Positions 44,574 to 53,478 of a DNA stretch of 64,000 nt are shown here, piece by piece. The position numbers and the translations under genes are program-made. The notes below the pieces were generated by a model, which saw only the letters and a list, made by a program, of their open reading frames with translations, had not been told where the DNA came from and did no database searches. The first letter of the stretch is position 1. Each line of letters begins with the position of its first letter. Source of the DNA: an uncultured Bacteroidales bacterium (GTDB lineage: Bacteria; Bacteroidota; Bacteroidia; Bacteroidales; UBA3824); contig CAJOJG010000002.1 of NCBI GenBank assembly GCA_905234655.1, positions 12,089 to 76,088 of the forward strand, in the 5' to 3' direction.

Positions 44574-44669
44574 ATAAATTAAAAGAATTAAAATAAATTA
44601 AAAGAATTAAAATGAGTTATATCTAAAAAATCTTTTTAATTCTTTACATTCTTTTCATTCTTTTCATTT
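44574..44669. repeat. AT-rich composite repeat in the sppA-cupin spacer
   Basis: A perfect 19-nt tandem duplication ataaattaaaagaattaaa (44574-44592 and 44593-44611), an inverted copy ttttaattcttt (44634-44645), and cattctttt x2.5 (44647-44669). A separate hairpin acgcc-tac-ggcgt plus T8 lies at 44551-44570. Confidence 0.85.
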
Positions 44670-44683
44670 GTGGTGGAAAAAAA

Positions 44684-46462
44684 CTATTTTATTTTTGTCG
44701 GTGGCAGCCAGGCTTGTACGCCGGTGTGCGACTTGAAATTCTTGATGAATCGTTTTTGGGCGAGGATTTCGTCGCCGTACATCATCCGCGCGGCTTCGTC
44801 GGTGAAGGCGGAGAATATTTTTGAAAATTCGTCCTCCTGCTCGGGAAACTCTTGGATGGATGCGTCGCCGTAGATTTCCGCAAGTTCTGCGGCTTTGTCG
44901 ATGGCCATGTCGAGTCCGCCAATCTCGTCCACCAGTCCGATTTCAAGTGCCGACTTGCCCGTCCAAACTCGCCCTTGTGCAATCATGTCCACAGAGTCAA
45001 CGCTCATGCTGCGTCCGTCGGCGACGTGCCGGAGGAAAATGCCATATATCCTCTCGACATCGCGCTGCATCACAGAAAGTTCCTGTGAGGATTTTTCAGT
45101 CATTCCGGCGTTGATGTCGGACATGTCGTGGGTCTTCACGGTCTCGATGTTAATGCCGATGGTCTTGTTGAGGAGTTTTTCTGGGTTCATCAGCAGTCCA
45201 AACACGCCGATGGAGCCGGTGATTGTGTTAGGGTCGGCGTAGATTTTGTGGGCGGGACACGAAATGTAATATCCGCCCGACGCGGCGTATCCGCCCATCG
45301 AGACTACAAGTGGCTTTGTGTCACGGAGTTCCATGAGCGCATTGTGGATAATTTCGGCCTCGGTAGCCGAGCCGCCGGGCGAGTTGACGCGCAGGACGAC
45401 AGCCTTGATGTTGTCGTCGTCCTTTATCTTCTTTATTTCTTTGAGCATGTCTTTGGACGTGATGTACTGGTCGCCGTTACTCTCGCTTACAATTTCGCCA
45501 GTGGCGTACAGGACGGCGATTTTGTCCGTGCCGGTCGCGTCGTCGTCTGTCAGTGAATCTATGTATTTAGAAATTGTCACGTATTCGGGCGATTCTGTGC
45601 CGTCGTAGTAGAAGTTTTCGGCGACTTTCTTGTCAAAGTCGCTTTCATAAATCACACCGTCCACGAAACCCTCCGCGATGCAAAGTTCGTCGTTTGCGTA
45701 TAGGTCGAGGGCGTTGGCGTGTTTGTTGATTGAGGCGAGTTCGATGCCACGGTCGGCGGAGATTGTGTTGGCGACTGTGGACCAGATGTCGCCGAGGTAT
45801 TTTGTGATTTGTTCGCGGTTGGCGTCCGACATGGTTTCCTGGATGTAAGGCTCGACGGCGGACTTGAATTTTCCGTGGCGAAGAACCTGTGCCTGTATTC
45901 CGAACTTGTCCAATGCGCCTTTATAGTACATTGACTGTGAGCATAGTCCGTTAAGCCCAAACTCGCCCATCGTGCGCATGAAGACGCTGTCGGCTATTGT
46001 GGCAATGTAATAGTCAAAATTCTCGAAGGAGTTCGAGAAGGCGAAGACTGGCTTTCCGGATACTTCCTTGAATTTCTTAATCCTGTTCCTCAACTCGTCG
46101 GCGATGGCGATGTCGGCGAGGTTGTAGTCCGAGCAGTTGATGCACAGTCCGAGAATCTTGTCGTCCGATGCCGCCTTTTCAAGCGCGAGGGCGATGTTGT
46201 TAAGCCCGAGTTTGTTCATCTTTTCAAACGAGAGCGAGCTGTAGATGCTGCTGTAGTCGGTGCTTGAGCGTTCGTCAATGGCATCGCAGAGGTTGAGCCT
46301 CAAGACAGAGTTCGAGCGGATGCTTGAGTTGTTGTTTGATGTGTTCTTCATCATGCTCGCCATCATCATTACTGTGGCTATGATGAGGAAAAGCGATGTC
46401 AGGCATCCCCATATAAACAGGCCGGTCAAGACCGCGCCGGTCATCTTCAAAAAATCTTTCAT
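44684..46462 (-). CDS. sppA: Signal peptide peptidase SppA, 67K type
   Basis: N-terminal TM segment, two ClpP-like halves, and ...VVSMGGYAASGGYYISCPA...GSIGV. Confidence 0.88.
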   Translation of the reverse strand: MKDFLKMTGAVLTGLFIWGCLTSLFLIIATVMMMASMMKNTSNNNSSIRSNSVLRLNLCDAIDERSSTDYSSIYSSLSFEKMNKLGLNNIALALEKAASDDKILGLCINCSDYNLADIAIADELRNRIKKFKEVSGKPVFAFSNSFENFDYYIATIADSVFMRTMGEFGLNGLCSQSMYYKGALDKFGIQAQVLRHGKFKSAVEPYIQETMSDANREQITKYLGDIWSTVANTISADRGIELASINKHANALDLYANDELCIAEGFVDGVIYESDFDKKVAENFYYDGTESPEYVTISKYIDSLTDDDATGTDKIAVLYATGEIVSESNGDQYITSKDMLKEIKKIKDDDNIKAVVLRVNSPGGSATEAEIIHNALMELRDTKPLVVSMGGYAASGGYYISCPAHKIYADPNTITGSIGVFGLLMNPEKLLNKTIGINIETVKTHDMSDINAGMTEKSSQELSVMQRDVERIYGIFLRHVADGRSMSVDSVDMIAQGRVWTGKSALEIGLVDEIGGLDMAIDKAAELAEIYGDASIQEFPEQEDEFSKIFSAFTDEAARMMYGDEILAQKRFIKNFKSHTGVQAWLPPTKIK

Positions 46463-46477
46463 GTCGTATGTTCCTTT

Positions 46478-47710
46478 TTATTGGTTTGTAGTTTCTTCTT
46501 TTGGTTTTGGCTTTATGGGCTTTCCGACGAGTTCCAGCAGCTTGTCGTCGAGTTTTTCGGCGGTGAGGTTCATTGCCTTTATCGTCATGTCGGGGCCGAT
46601 GAGGAAGTTATATGGCAAAGACCTCACGCCGTATGCCTCCACCGCCGACGACTGCCATAGTTTCATGTCCGATACAGACACCCACGGGATTTTCTGCGCC
46701 TTTACGGCGTTTTTCCAGTCGTCGGCGTTGCTTTCGAGCGCGACTTGGCAGACCACAAAGTTGTTATAGCGGTATTTCCAGTATAACTTGTTGAGGTTCT
46801 CGGTGTTGGCTTTCGATTCCGGCGACCACGACGCCCAAAAGTCGAGCAGTATGTATTTGCCTTTTAGTGATGATAGTTTTACTGTGTCGCCTTTTATGGT
46901 CGGTAGCGCGATTTCGGGGGCTGGCTGGCCGACGGCGAGTTGCTGAAGTCCCTGGGCGGCAGTGCCTTGCGAAAGGCGTATTTTTTCGACGTAGGAGGCG
47001 AGTTTTCGTGTCTGGAGATTGTCAGGGTAACGCTCCACAAGCCTTCCCGCGACCTCATTGTAGCTGTCGAAATCCTTCGCCGGGTCGAATACCGGCAGTT
47101 TTGGCGCGATGTACTGCGACAGGCAGACGATCTGGGACAATGCCTCGGGGTTGTCCTTAAGGAACGACAGCGAAAATTTCTTCTGGTCATTTACAGTCAG
47201 CGAATATACCGAGTCGAGTTTTTGCTTGATGCCGGCGAGGTTGGGCGCGTCGATGTTTGCGCGGAAAATCCGTCCAAGCGAGTCGCATACAGCCCTCGTG
47301 TCGCGCATCTTGTGAATGAGGTTGCATACGTTTTCGCTTTCCGGCGAGCCTTCCACGTCATAGTTGTCGGGGAAATCCTTGACCTTGCCACTGACCTTCA
47401 CTACCTGCGACGTGTCGGGTATGAGTGTAATCTGCCGGCTGTTGTCGGACGCGAAGTGAAGGATGTAGAAGTCGGGGTCCGAGATGGAGCCCTCGAGCCT
47501 GAAATGTCCGTCAGCGTCCACACGCGCCGAGTCGATGAACTCGTAGCCGTTGTCCTTGACGAGCTTGAGGTACGCAGTGTCGCCCGCCATGCCTTCGAAC
47601 TCGCCCACGACCTCGAATTTTGTATGGTTGTCGCTCTCTGTCTTGGGCATACAGCCCGCTACTGCGGCGGTAATGACCGCCGGTACAATAAGTTTGTTGT
47701 ATAATCTCAT
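46478..47710 (-). CDS. TlpA-family thiol:disulfide oxidoreductase lipoprotein (thioredoxin fold with an N-terminal extra domain)
   Basis: ATG 47710 gives MRLYNKLIVPAVITAAVAGC. The C-terminal KGKYILLDFWASWS sits where the thioredoxin WCxxC motif would be, but the Cys pair is not conserved. Confidence 0.7.
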   Translation of the reverse strand: MRLYNKLIVPAVITAAVAGCMPKTESDNHTKFEVVGEFEGMAGDTAYLKLVKDNGYEFIDSARVDADGHFRLEGSISDPDFYILHFASDNSRQITLIPDTSQVVKVSGKVKDFPDNYDVEGSPESENVCNLIHKMRDTRAVCDSLGRIFRANIDAPNLAGIKQKLDSVYSLTVNDQKKFSLSFLKDNPEALSQIVCLSQYIAPKLPVFDPAKDFDSYNEVAGRLVERYPDNLQTRKLASYVEKIRLSQGTAAQGLQQLAVGQPAPEIALPTIKGDTVKLSSLKGKYILLDFWASWSPESKANTENLNKLYWKYRYNNFVVCQVALESNADDWKNAVKAQKIPWVSVSDMKLWQSSAVEAYGVRSLPYNFLIGPDMTIKAMNLTAEKLDDKLLELVGKPIKPKPKEETTNQ

Positions 47711-47883
47711 TTCTGTCATATATTGCAACTGCAAAGTTAATAAGTACTTCCAACTTGCGAAAAGAAAAAGTGGAAAATATTAATTCGATGCAAAAAATAT
47801 TTTTTGTGATTATTTGTGACAGATTATTCCCAAATAATTATTAATTTTGACCCGAAATTTTTGTTAACACATAAGTAAGCATA

Positions 47884-48402
47884 ATGGAAATACTTGAAAT
47901 CCTTAAATACATCCTGCCCTCGTTGGTGGTGTTGGCTTGTAGTTACTTGATGCTCAAACAGTTCAACAAGCGCGACGAAAACAAGTTGAAGATGGAGCTT
48001 CTTATTGGCAACAGCAAGACCGTCCTGCCCGTAAGGCTCGCCGCATACGAGAGGCTTGTGTTGTTTTTGGAAAGGATGGAGCCTCAGAGCATCATAATCC
48101 GCACTGCTGAAAACGGCATGACCGCCATCGAGCTTCAGCGCGACCTCCTGGCGACAATACGCGCCGAGTTCGAGCACAACTACTCGCAGCAGCTCTATGT
48201 CAGCGACAATGCCTGGAAGGCCGTGACGGAGACTAAGGACGTAATGGCGCAGCTCATCAACCAGACCGCGCAGACTGTCGCCGTGGATGCCAAAGCCCTC
48301 GACCTCGGCAAAAAAATCATCGACAACTACGCTTCACTTCCAAACTCGCCCATCAGCATGGCGATTTCGGTGCTCAAGACCGAGCTTGCGACGGTGTGCT
48401 GA
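47884..48402 (+). CDS. Hypothetical protein with an N-terminal TM helix
   Basis: A 172-aa ORF with clean ATG and coding-like composition, starting MEILEILKYILPSLVVLACSYLML. I recognise no family. Confidence 0.55.
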   Translation: MEILEILKYILPSLVVLACSYLMLKQFNKRDENKLKMELLIGNSKTVLPVRLAAYERLVLFLERMEPQSIIIRTAENGMTAIELQRDLLATIRAEFEHNYSQQLYVSDNAWKAVTETKDVMAQLINQTAQTVAVDAKALDLGKKIIDNYASLPNSPISMAISVLKTELATVC

Positions 48403-48408
48403 TATTTT

Positions 48409-48473
48409 GAGAGGAGAGAGGAGAGATTTTGGGAGGAGAGAATTGTGAATTTTGAATTATGAATTATGAATTA
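48409..48473 (+). repeat. Simple-repeat spacer, (GAGAGGA)n then (GAATTAT)n, from just after a stop codon to the next start
   Basis: gagaggagagaggagaga tttt gggaggagagaa ttgtgaattttgaattatgaattatgaatta. The stop is at 48400-48402 and the next ATG is at 48477. Confidence 0.85.
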
Positions 48474-48476
48474 AAA

Positions 48477-49235
48477 ATGAAGAAAATCATCATAGTTATT
48501 GCGGCGATATTGGCGTTGAGCGACTTTGCCGCAGCTCAAAAGTATTACAATAAGGTCAAACTTGCCACAGCGGAGGATTCTGTAAGTTATTGTGTGGGAA
48601 TCCTGATGGCGAAAAACTTTGCAGAACAGGGATTTGACATGTTCTCCGCCGACGCGATTGGCAAGGCGTTCAGCGACATCGCCAACAACAAGACGTTGGC
48701 AATCCCGTCCGACGACATGTCGGCAATGGTAAGCACGTATTTTTCACGGATTGAGGCGCAGCAGAAAGAGAAGGCTCAAGCCAAGGAAAAGGAGTTCTTC
48801 GCCAATAATGCGAAGGAAGACGGCATAATCACGACCGAATCCGGCCTCCAGTACCGCGTCATAAAGGAAGGCACCGGCAGGACGCCGGACGACACATGCG
48901 GTGTCAAGGTACACTACGAGGGCAAACTCCTCGACGGAACAGTGTTCGACTCCACATTCGACACCGAGGAGCCTGTGCAGCTTAACCTCGACTACCTCAT
49001 ACCCGGCATGACCGAGGGGCTGAAGTTGATGAAGGAAGGCGCGGAATACATGTTCTATATCCCGTCAGACCTTGCCTACGGCGAATATTCGCCGGCGTCC
49101 GTAATCCCGGCGTACTCGACACTGATATTCGACATCGAGCTTGTGCAAGTCACAGAGCATCAGGCGGAAGACGACGAAGATGACGACTCGCCGTCGATTA
49201 ACTTTGATATGTTCGACACCGACGGCGACGAGTAA
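48477..49235 (+). CDS. FKBP-type peptidyl-prolyl cis-trans isomerase (FkpA-like), secreted, with an acidic C-tail
   Basis: ATG 48477 gives the signal MKKIIIVIAAILALSDFAAAQ. The FKBP core is GLQYRVIKEGTG...VKVHYEGKLLDGTVFDS...IPGMTEGLKLMKEG...IPSDLAYG. The 48459 ATG lies inside the gaattat repeat. Confidence 0.88.
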   Translation: MKKIIIVIAAILALSDFAAAQKYYNKVKLATAEDSVSYCVGILMAKNFAEQGFDMFSADAIGKAFSDIANNKTLAIPSDDMSAMVSTYFSRIEAQQKEKAQAKEKEFFANNAKEDGIITTESGLQYRVIKEGTGRTPDDTCGVKVHYEGKLLDGTVFDSTFDTEEPVQLNLDYLIPGMTEGLKLMKEGAEYMFYIPSDLAYGEYSPASVIPAYSTLIFDIELVQVTEHQAEDDEDDDSPSINFDMFDTDGDE

Positions 49236-49278
49236 GCCGTCCATTAAACTGTACACATATATTACAAACAACATAAAA

Positions 49279-50004
49279 ATGAAACATTTAAAAACAATCC
49301 TGACCTCATCGGCATTGGCCGTGGCCACGGTATTCGCATCATGCGCAGGCGGAACATCACAGAACAAGACCGCAAAATTCGACAACGCCGCAGATTCGGC
49401 AAGTTACGCTATCGGTGTGCTTATGGGCACACAGATGCACGACCAAATCATCCCCGTACTCGAAGATTTTAACCTCGACAACTTCGTCGCCGGATTCCAG
49501 GCGGTTGTCAATAATGACACTGCCAATGTGCAGTACAAGCCGCAGGAGGCACAGCAGGTGTTCATGACGGTAATGAACAGGCTCGCCGAAGCCAAGGCTC
49601 AGAAGACCCTCGCCGAGGGCAAGAAGTTCCTCGAAGAAAACGCCAAGAAGGAAGGCGTGAAGGTCATCGACTCTACCGGCGTCCAGTACATTGTGCTTGA
49701 AGAAGGCGACGGCGCACAGCCCACCATCGACGATGTTGTCGAGTGTGACTACGTAGGCACACTCATCGACGGCACGGAGTTCGACAGCTCCATCAAGCGC
49801 GGTCAGCCCGCACAGTTCCCCCTCAAGGGCGTAATCCCCGGCTGGTCTAAGACAATTCCTTTGATGAAGGTCGGCAGCAAGTGGAGAATCTTCATCCCCT
49901 CCGAGTTTGGCTACGGCCCGCGTGGTACTGGCAACATCCCCGGCAACAGTGTCCTGATCTTCGACGTGACACTCCACCAGATTATCAAAGACGACAAGAA
50001 ATAA
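49279..50004 (+). CDS. FKBP-type peptidyl-prolyl cis-trans isomerase lipoprotein
   Basis: MKHLKTILTSSALAVATVFASC, with the FKBP core GVQYIVLEEGDG...CDYVGTLIDGTEFDSS...VIPGWSKTIPLMKVGSKWRIFIPSEFGYG. Confidence 0.9.
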   Translation: MKHLKTILTSSALAVATVFASCAGGTSQNKTAKFDNAADSASYAIGVLMGTQMHDQIIPVLEDFNLDNFVAGFQAVVNNDTANVQYKPQEAQQVFMTVMNRLAEAKAQKTLAEGKKFLEENAKKEGVKVIDSTGVQYIVLEEGDGAQPTIDDVVECDYVGTLIDGTEFDSSIKRGQPAQFPLKGVIPGWSKTIPLMKVGSKWRIFIPSEFGYGPRGTGNIPGNSVLIFDVTLHQIIKDDKK

Positions 50005-50032
50005 TCCAAAACCATCAAATAATAAAAGCAAT

Positions 50033-50443
50033 ATGGCATCATTAGAAGTAGAAGGCAAACTCATCAAAAAGCTCGACGTGAGGAGCGGTGTGTCTGCCAG
50101 CGGCAACAGCTGGTCTTCCCAGGACTTCGTCATCGAAATCCCCGGCCAGTACCCTCAGCTCGCGGTGTTCAATGTATATGGCGACCGTGTCCAGCTCAGC
50201 CAGTTCAATGACGGCGAGTACATAAAGGTGTCTTTCGACATCCGTGGCCGCGAATACCAGGGCAAGTACTACAACACCCTCAACTGTTGGAAGATAGAGC
50301 GTCCCGGCGTGGACGGTCAGAACGGCGGCTCCCAGCCCGGCGGCACAACTGCACCGCAGGGCGGCACAACGACAGTGCAGCCTCCACAACCGTCAGCCCC
50401 AGTCGAGCAGCCCCAGTCCGGCGGCGACGACCTCCCGTTCTAA
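50033..50443 (+). CDS. DUF3127-like small protein with a Gly/Pro/Gln-rich tail ending in DDLPF
   Basis: MASLEVEGKLIKKLDVRSGVSASGNSWSSQDFVIE... is as I recall for DUF3127. The tail reads ...GVDGQNGGSQPGGTTAPQGGTTTVQPPQPSAPVEQPQSGGDDLPF. Confidence 0.75.
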   Translation: MASLEVEGKLIKKLDVRSGVSASGNSWSSQDFVIEIPGQYPQLAVFNVYGDRVQLSQFNDGEYIKVSFDIRGREYQGKYYNTLNCWKIERPGVDGQNGGSQPGGTTAPQGGTTTVQPPQPSAPVEQPQSGGDDLPF

Positions 50444-50487
50444 GCAATGAACTCAACGACAATGCGTAAAATTCATAATGCGTAATC

Positions 50488-50544
50488 CATAATGCATAAT
50501 TCATAATCGCCATCCGGCTTGTGAATTGTGCATTATGTTTTTTT
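50488..50544 (+). terminator. Rho-independent terminator (long AT-rich stem) after the DUF3127 gene
   Basis: cataatgcataattca (50488-50503) pairs with tgaattgtgcattatg (50522-50537) with one mismatch, followed by ttttttt. Confidence 0.7.
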
Positions 50545-50568
50545 ATAGAAAAAAAAACTGACAGTACA

Positions 50569-51102
50569 ATGAGATATTTGTTCCTATTGGCGCTTGTGCT
50601 AATCACCTCGACTGGAATCCGGGCGCAGTTTGTCGAGAAGTCCACCGACGTGCTGTGCCTCGTGCCATCAGCCGTTTCCGCCGTCAACACCTTGGCTCGG
50701 CACGACAGGAAGGGCATGTTGCAGCTTGCCTTGTCGTCTGCTACTTGCCTTGCCGTCAACTACGGTTTGGAGGCCATGATTACTAAAGACCGTCCCGATG
50801 GCTCCGGGCGCCATTCTTTTCCGAGTACGCACACTGTTGTCGCCTTCAATGGCGCGACGTTCCTCATGCGCCGTTATGGCTGGCAGTGGGGCGTTCCGGC
50901 ATACGCCGTCGCCGCATACGTCGGCTGGGGGCGCGTGCATGCCGACCGCCACGACTGGTGGGACGTCCTCGGCGGCGCAGCCATCGGCGCCGGCACGGCG
51001 TTGATTTTCACCCGCCCATTCGAGGTTAAAAACGCCGGCGTCACCATGTCCCCAATCCTCGGCGGCGGCAGGTATGGCGTGTCGGCGATAGTGGGATTCT
51101 GA
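50569..51102 (+). CDS. PAP2-family phosphatase (membrane)
   Basis: ATG 50569 gives MRYLFLLALVLITSTG. The motifs KDRPDGS...SFPSTHT...RVHADRHDWWDV correspond to the KxxxxxxRP / PSGH / SRxxxxxHxxxD pattern. Confidence 0.82.
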   Translation: MRYLFLLALVLITSTGIRAQFVEKSTDVLCLVPSAVSAVNTLARHDRKGMLQLALSSATCLAVNYGLEAMITKDRPDGSGRHSFPSTHTVVAFNGATFLMRRYGWQWGVPAYAVAAYVGWGRVHADRHDWWDVLGGAAIGAGTALIFTRPFEVKNAGVTMSPILGGGRYGVSAIVGF

Positions 51103-51107
51103 CTTTT

Positions 51108-53432
51108 TTAGTTCCTGTCCCACCAGCTCTTGTTGTATATCATGAAGCCGATGTTGAACATGTAGTAGAAGTGGCTGCGGCCGTGCGGCTCGTAGCGGAG
51201 GTTGAAGGCGACGGGGCCGAGCATCGTGTGGTAGACGAGCGCGGAGTTGAAGAAAAACTTAAAGCCAGACAGGTCGCCGTCGCCTTTGTCCATGTAGTAA
51301 GATGACCCGTCGCGCACCTGCAGGCGTTCCTGCCTGAACGGCTGGAAATAGTAGCCACAGACGCGCCATGTGAAATTTTCGCTGAAACGGTACATCGCGC
51401 CAAGGCTCATGGCGGCATAGACATCTGACCGGTAATCCTCAAAAATCATTGTCTTCGTGTATTCCGTCGGGCGGTAGGCGTTTGTCGTGAGCATCTCGAC
51501 CATTGGATTGGAGAGTTTGGAATGTTTGCTTATGCTTGCTTCAAACGAATACGGTATGTTCCATTTGCCGTAGTTCCAGTTGTAGTTTTCGTATTTCAGG
51601 TACGAATCCCAGAATTTCTTGTCCTTGTCCACCGGCACGTATTTTTCCTCGTCGGGGACGCTGCCCGGACGGAACCTTTCGCCAGCCATCGTGCGTTTAA
51701 GCTGGAGTATGAACGACGAGCCTCGGGTGGGGTAGGTGAAGTGGTCAAGCTTGTTGCGCTGGTAGGTCGCGTGGACACCGGCATAGTTAAAGGTCGTCTT
51801 GTCCTTTTTGTATGACGATTCGAATTTTGGCGAGAGGTAGTAGCTCTCCGAAAACCGTCCCGTCGATACGCCCAGCGTAAGTTTGCCGGCCATGCTGACC
51901 GGGAATATCGCGTTTGCGTAGTATTCGAGGTCGTTCTTTATGGAGGTCGGGCTTCTCGTGTCGATGAAGAAGACGTCAGGGTCGGCCTCCATGTAGTCGA
52001 AGCGGTTAAGCTGGAAGGCGGTCTCAAGGCTGAACCTCAGTTCGGTCGGGAAGTATGCCCTCATGTGGGCGCGTCCCGATGTGTAGAACCGTCCAAAATA
52101 GCCGTTGACGCTTACCTCAATCGGGATATAGCCGTAGAATCTGTGCGCAAGTTCCACAAAACCTTCGCATGATGCCGATGTGGAGACATTGCCGCCTATC
52201 TTCGCGCTCATGTTCTTGCTCCGGGAGAGGTTGAGGTCGAGGGAGTACGCCTGGGTGTAGGGGTTGTAGGTAGTCGTGGGGTATATGCGGTCAATGGTCG
52301 GGTCGACGGCGATTTTATAGAACTCCTTGCGTGTTTCTTTAAGCCCAAGGGTGTCGTGCTTGAACTTCTTGAACGATTTAAGGATGTATTGACCGTGGAG
52401 GTGCTTTATGCCGGAGATGTTGACCGCATCAAAAACTAATGGTCTCATCTTTGACTTGAAGTTCTTGCGTTTTTCCTTCAGTTCCTCGGGCGACATGCGG
52501 CGCGATATTTGGCTTTTGATGCTGTCCATCTTGGAAATGGTCTCTTTATATCCAAGTTCGATTAACTCGTCGCATTTGCTGAAGTCGAGGGTGCTGTGGT
52601 TAAGCACGTCGGGCTGGAGCATGATGCCCTTTTCGGCGGGGATTGTGTAGTTGCTGGGGTCCATGACCATGTTTTCAATCTGCGCCACGAGGTCGTCTTC
52701 CGATGGGTTTTCGTTGTTGCTCGATACCTGGACGCCGATTATGAAGTCGGGGTTGAAGTCTTCCTCCATCGCGTCGATGGGGCAGTTGTTATAGATTCCG
52801 CCGTCAAAAAGCAGTCCGTTGCTGTACACTACTGGCTTGAAATACAGCGGTATGGCCATGCTCGCCCTGACAGCCGTCGAAAGGTGTCCGTGGTCGAAGA
52901 TTATTGACTTTTTGGCGTATACGTCAGAGGCCGCGCACCTGAACGGCACCATGAGCGAGTCGAAGTCGTAGCCTGCCGCCGCGCCGCCGGGTCCCATGAT
53001 TTCTTCATACGCAAAGTCCATCTGGTACGACGAGACTATGTTTGTGGGCAGGTAGACTTTGAGCGTTGAGTCGCGGTTGAATTTGATGGAGAAGAACGCC
53101 GCCGATGGTTCTTCAGCCATGTATGCGTATTTCAACCGGCTGTCCGTCACGCCGTTGAGCCAGTTGTCGAAGTCCTTGGAATGGAACAGTGTCGTCATCT
53201 CGTCGGTGGTGTATCCGAGCGAGTACAATGCGCCGATTATGGAGCCCATCGACGTGCCGGCCACGTAGTCGATGGGGATGTTGTTATCTTCCAAAGCTTT
53301 CAATACGCCGATGTGCGCAAGTCCTTTTGCGCCGCCGCCGCTCAGCACGAGGCCTATTTTCTGTGCGTTGCAGTCTATCGCCGCTAATGCAATGGCGAAT
53401 ATTGTCAAGATATATTTCATGTTTTTCATCAT
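51108..53432 (-). CDS. Patatin-like phospholipase fused to an Omp85/BamA-like C-terminal beta-barrel
   Basis: GLVLSGGGAKGLAHIGVLKALEDNNIPIDYVAGTSMGSIIGALYSLGY contains the GGxK and GxSxG motifs. A long beta-rich C-half follows. An ATG start at 53432 was preferred to the GTG at 53441. Confidence 0.85.
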   Translation of the reverse strand: MMKNMKYILTIFAIALAAIDCNAQKIGLVLSGGGAKGLAHIGVLKALEDNNIPIDYVAGTSMGSIIGALYSLGYTTDEMTTLFHSKDFDNWLNGVTDSRLKYAYMAEEPSAAFFSIKFNRDSTLKVYLPTNIVSSYQMDFAYEEIMGPGGAAAGYDFDSLMVPFRCAASDVYAKKSIIFDHGHLSTAVRASMAIPLYFKPVVYSNGLLFDGGIYNNCPIDAMEEDFNPDFIIGVQVSSNNENPSEDDLVAQIENMVMDPSNYTIPAEKGIMLQPDVLNHSTLDFSKCDELIELGYKETISKMDSIKSQISRRMSPEELKEKRKNFKSKMRPLVFDAVNISGIKHLHGQYILKSFKKFKHDTLGLKETRKEFYKIAVDPTIDRIYPTTTYNPYTQAYSLDLNLSRSKNMSAKIGGNVSTSASCEGFVELAHRFYGYIPIEVSVNGYFGRFYTSGRAHMRAYFPTELRFSLETAFQLNRFDYMEADPDVFFIDTRSPTSIKNDLEYYANAIFPVSMAGKLTLGVSTGRFSESYYLSPKFESSYKKDKTTFNYAGVHATYQRNKLDHFTYPTRGSSFILQLKRTMAGERFRPGSVPDEEKYVPVDKDKKFWDSYLKYENYNWNYGKWNIPYSFEASISKHSKLSNPMVEMLTTNAYRPTEYTKTMIFEDYRSDVYAAMSLGAMYRFSENFTWRVCGYYFQPFRQERLQVRDGSSYYMDKGDGDLSGFKFFFNSALVYHTMLGPVAFNLRYEPHGRSHFYYMFNIGFMIYNKSWWDRN

Positions 53433-53440
53433 TTCAGTCA

Positions 53441-53478
53441 CTTCAATTACACTTCAATTACTTCTGTTGCTTCAATTA
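53441..53478 (-). repeat. Three copies of cttcaattac (11-nt period) filling the spacer after the stop of the caspase-like gene
   Basis: cttcaattaca cttcaattact tctgttg cttcaattact; the last copy overlaps the stop codon at 53476-53478. Confidence 0.8.

Noticed and set aside
15531-53478. Whether any of the tandem repeats are CRISPR arrays
   Set aside because: The units are 7-21 nt with no unique spacers of 25-40 nt between them, and no cas genes are present. They are simple tandem repeats.
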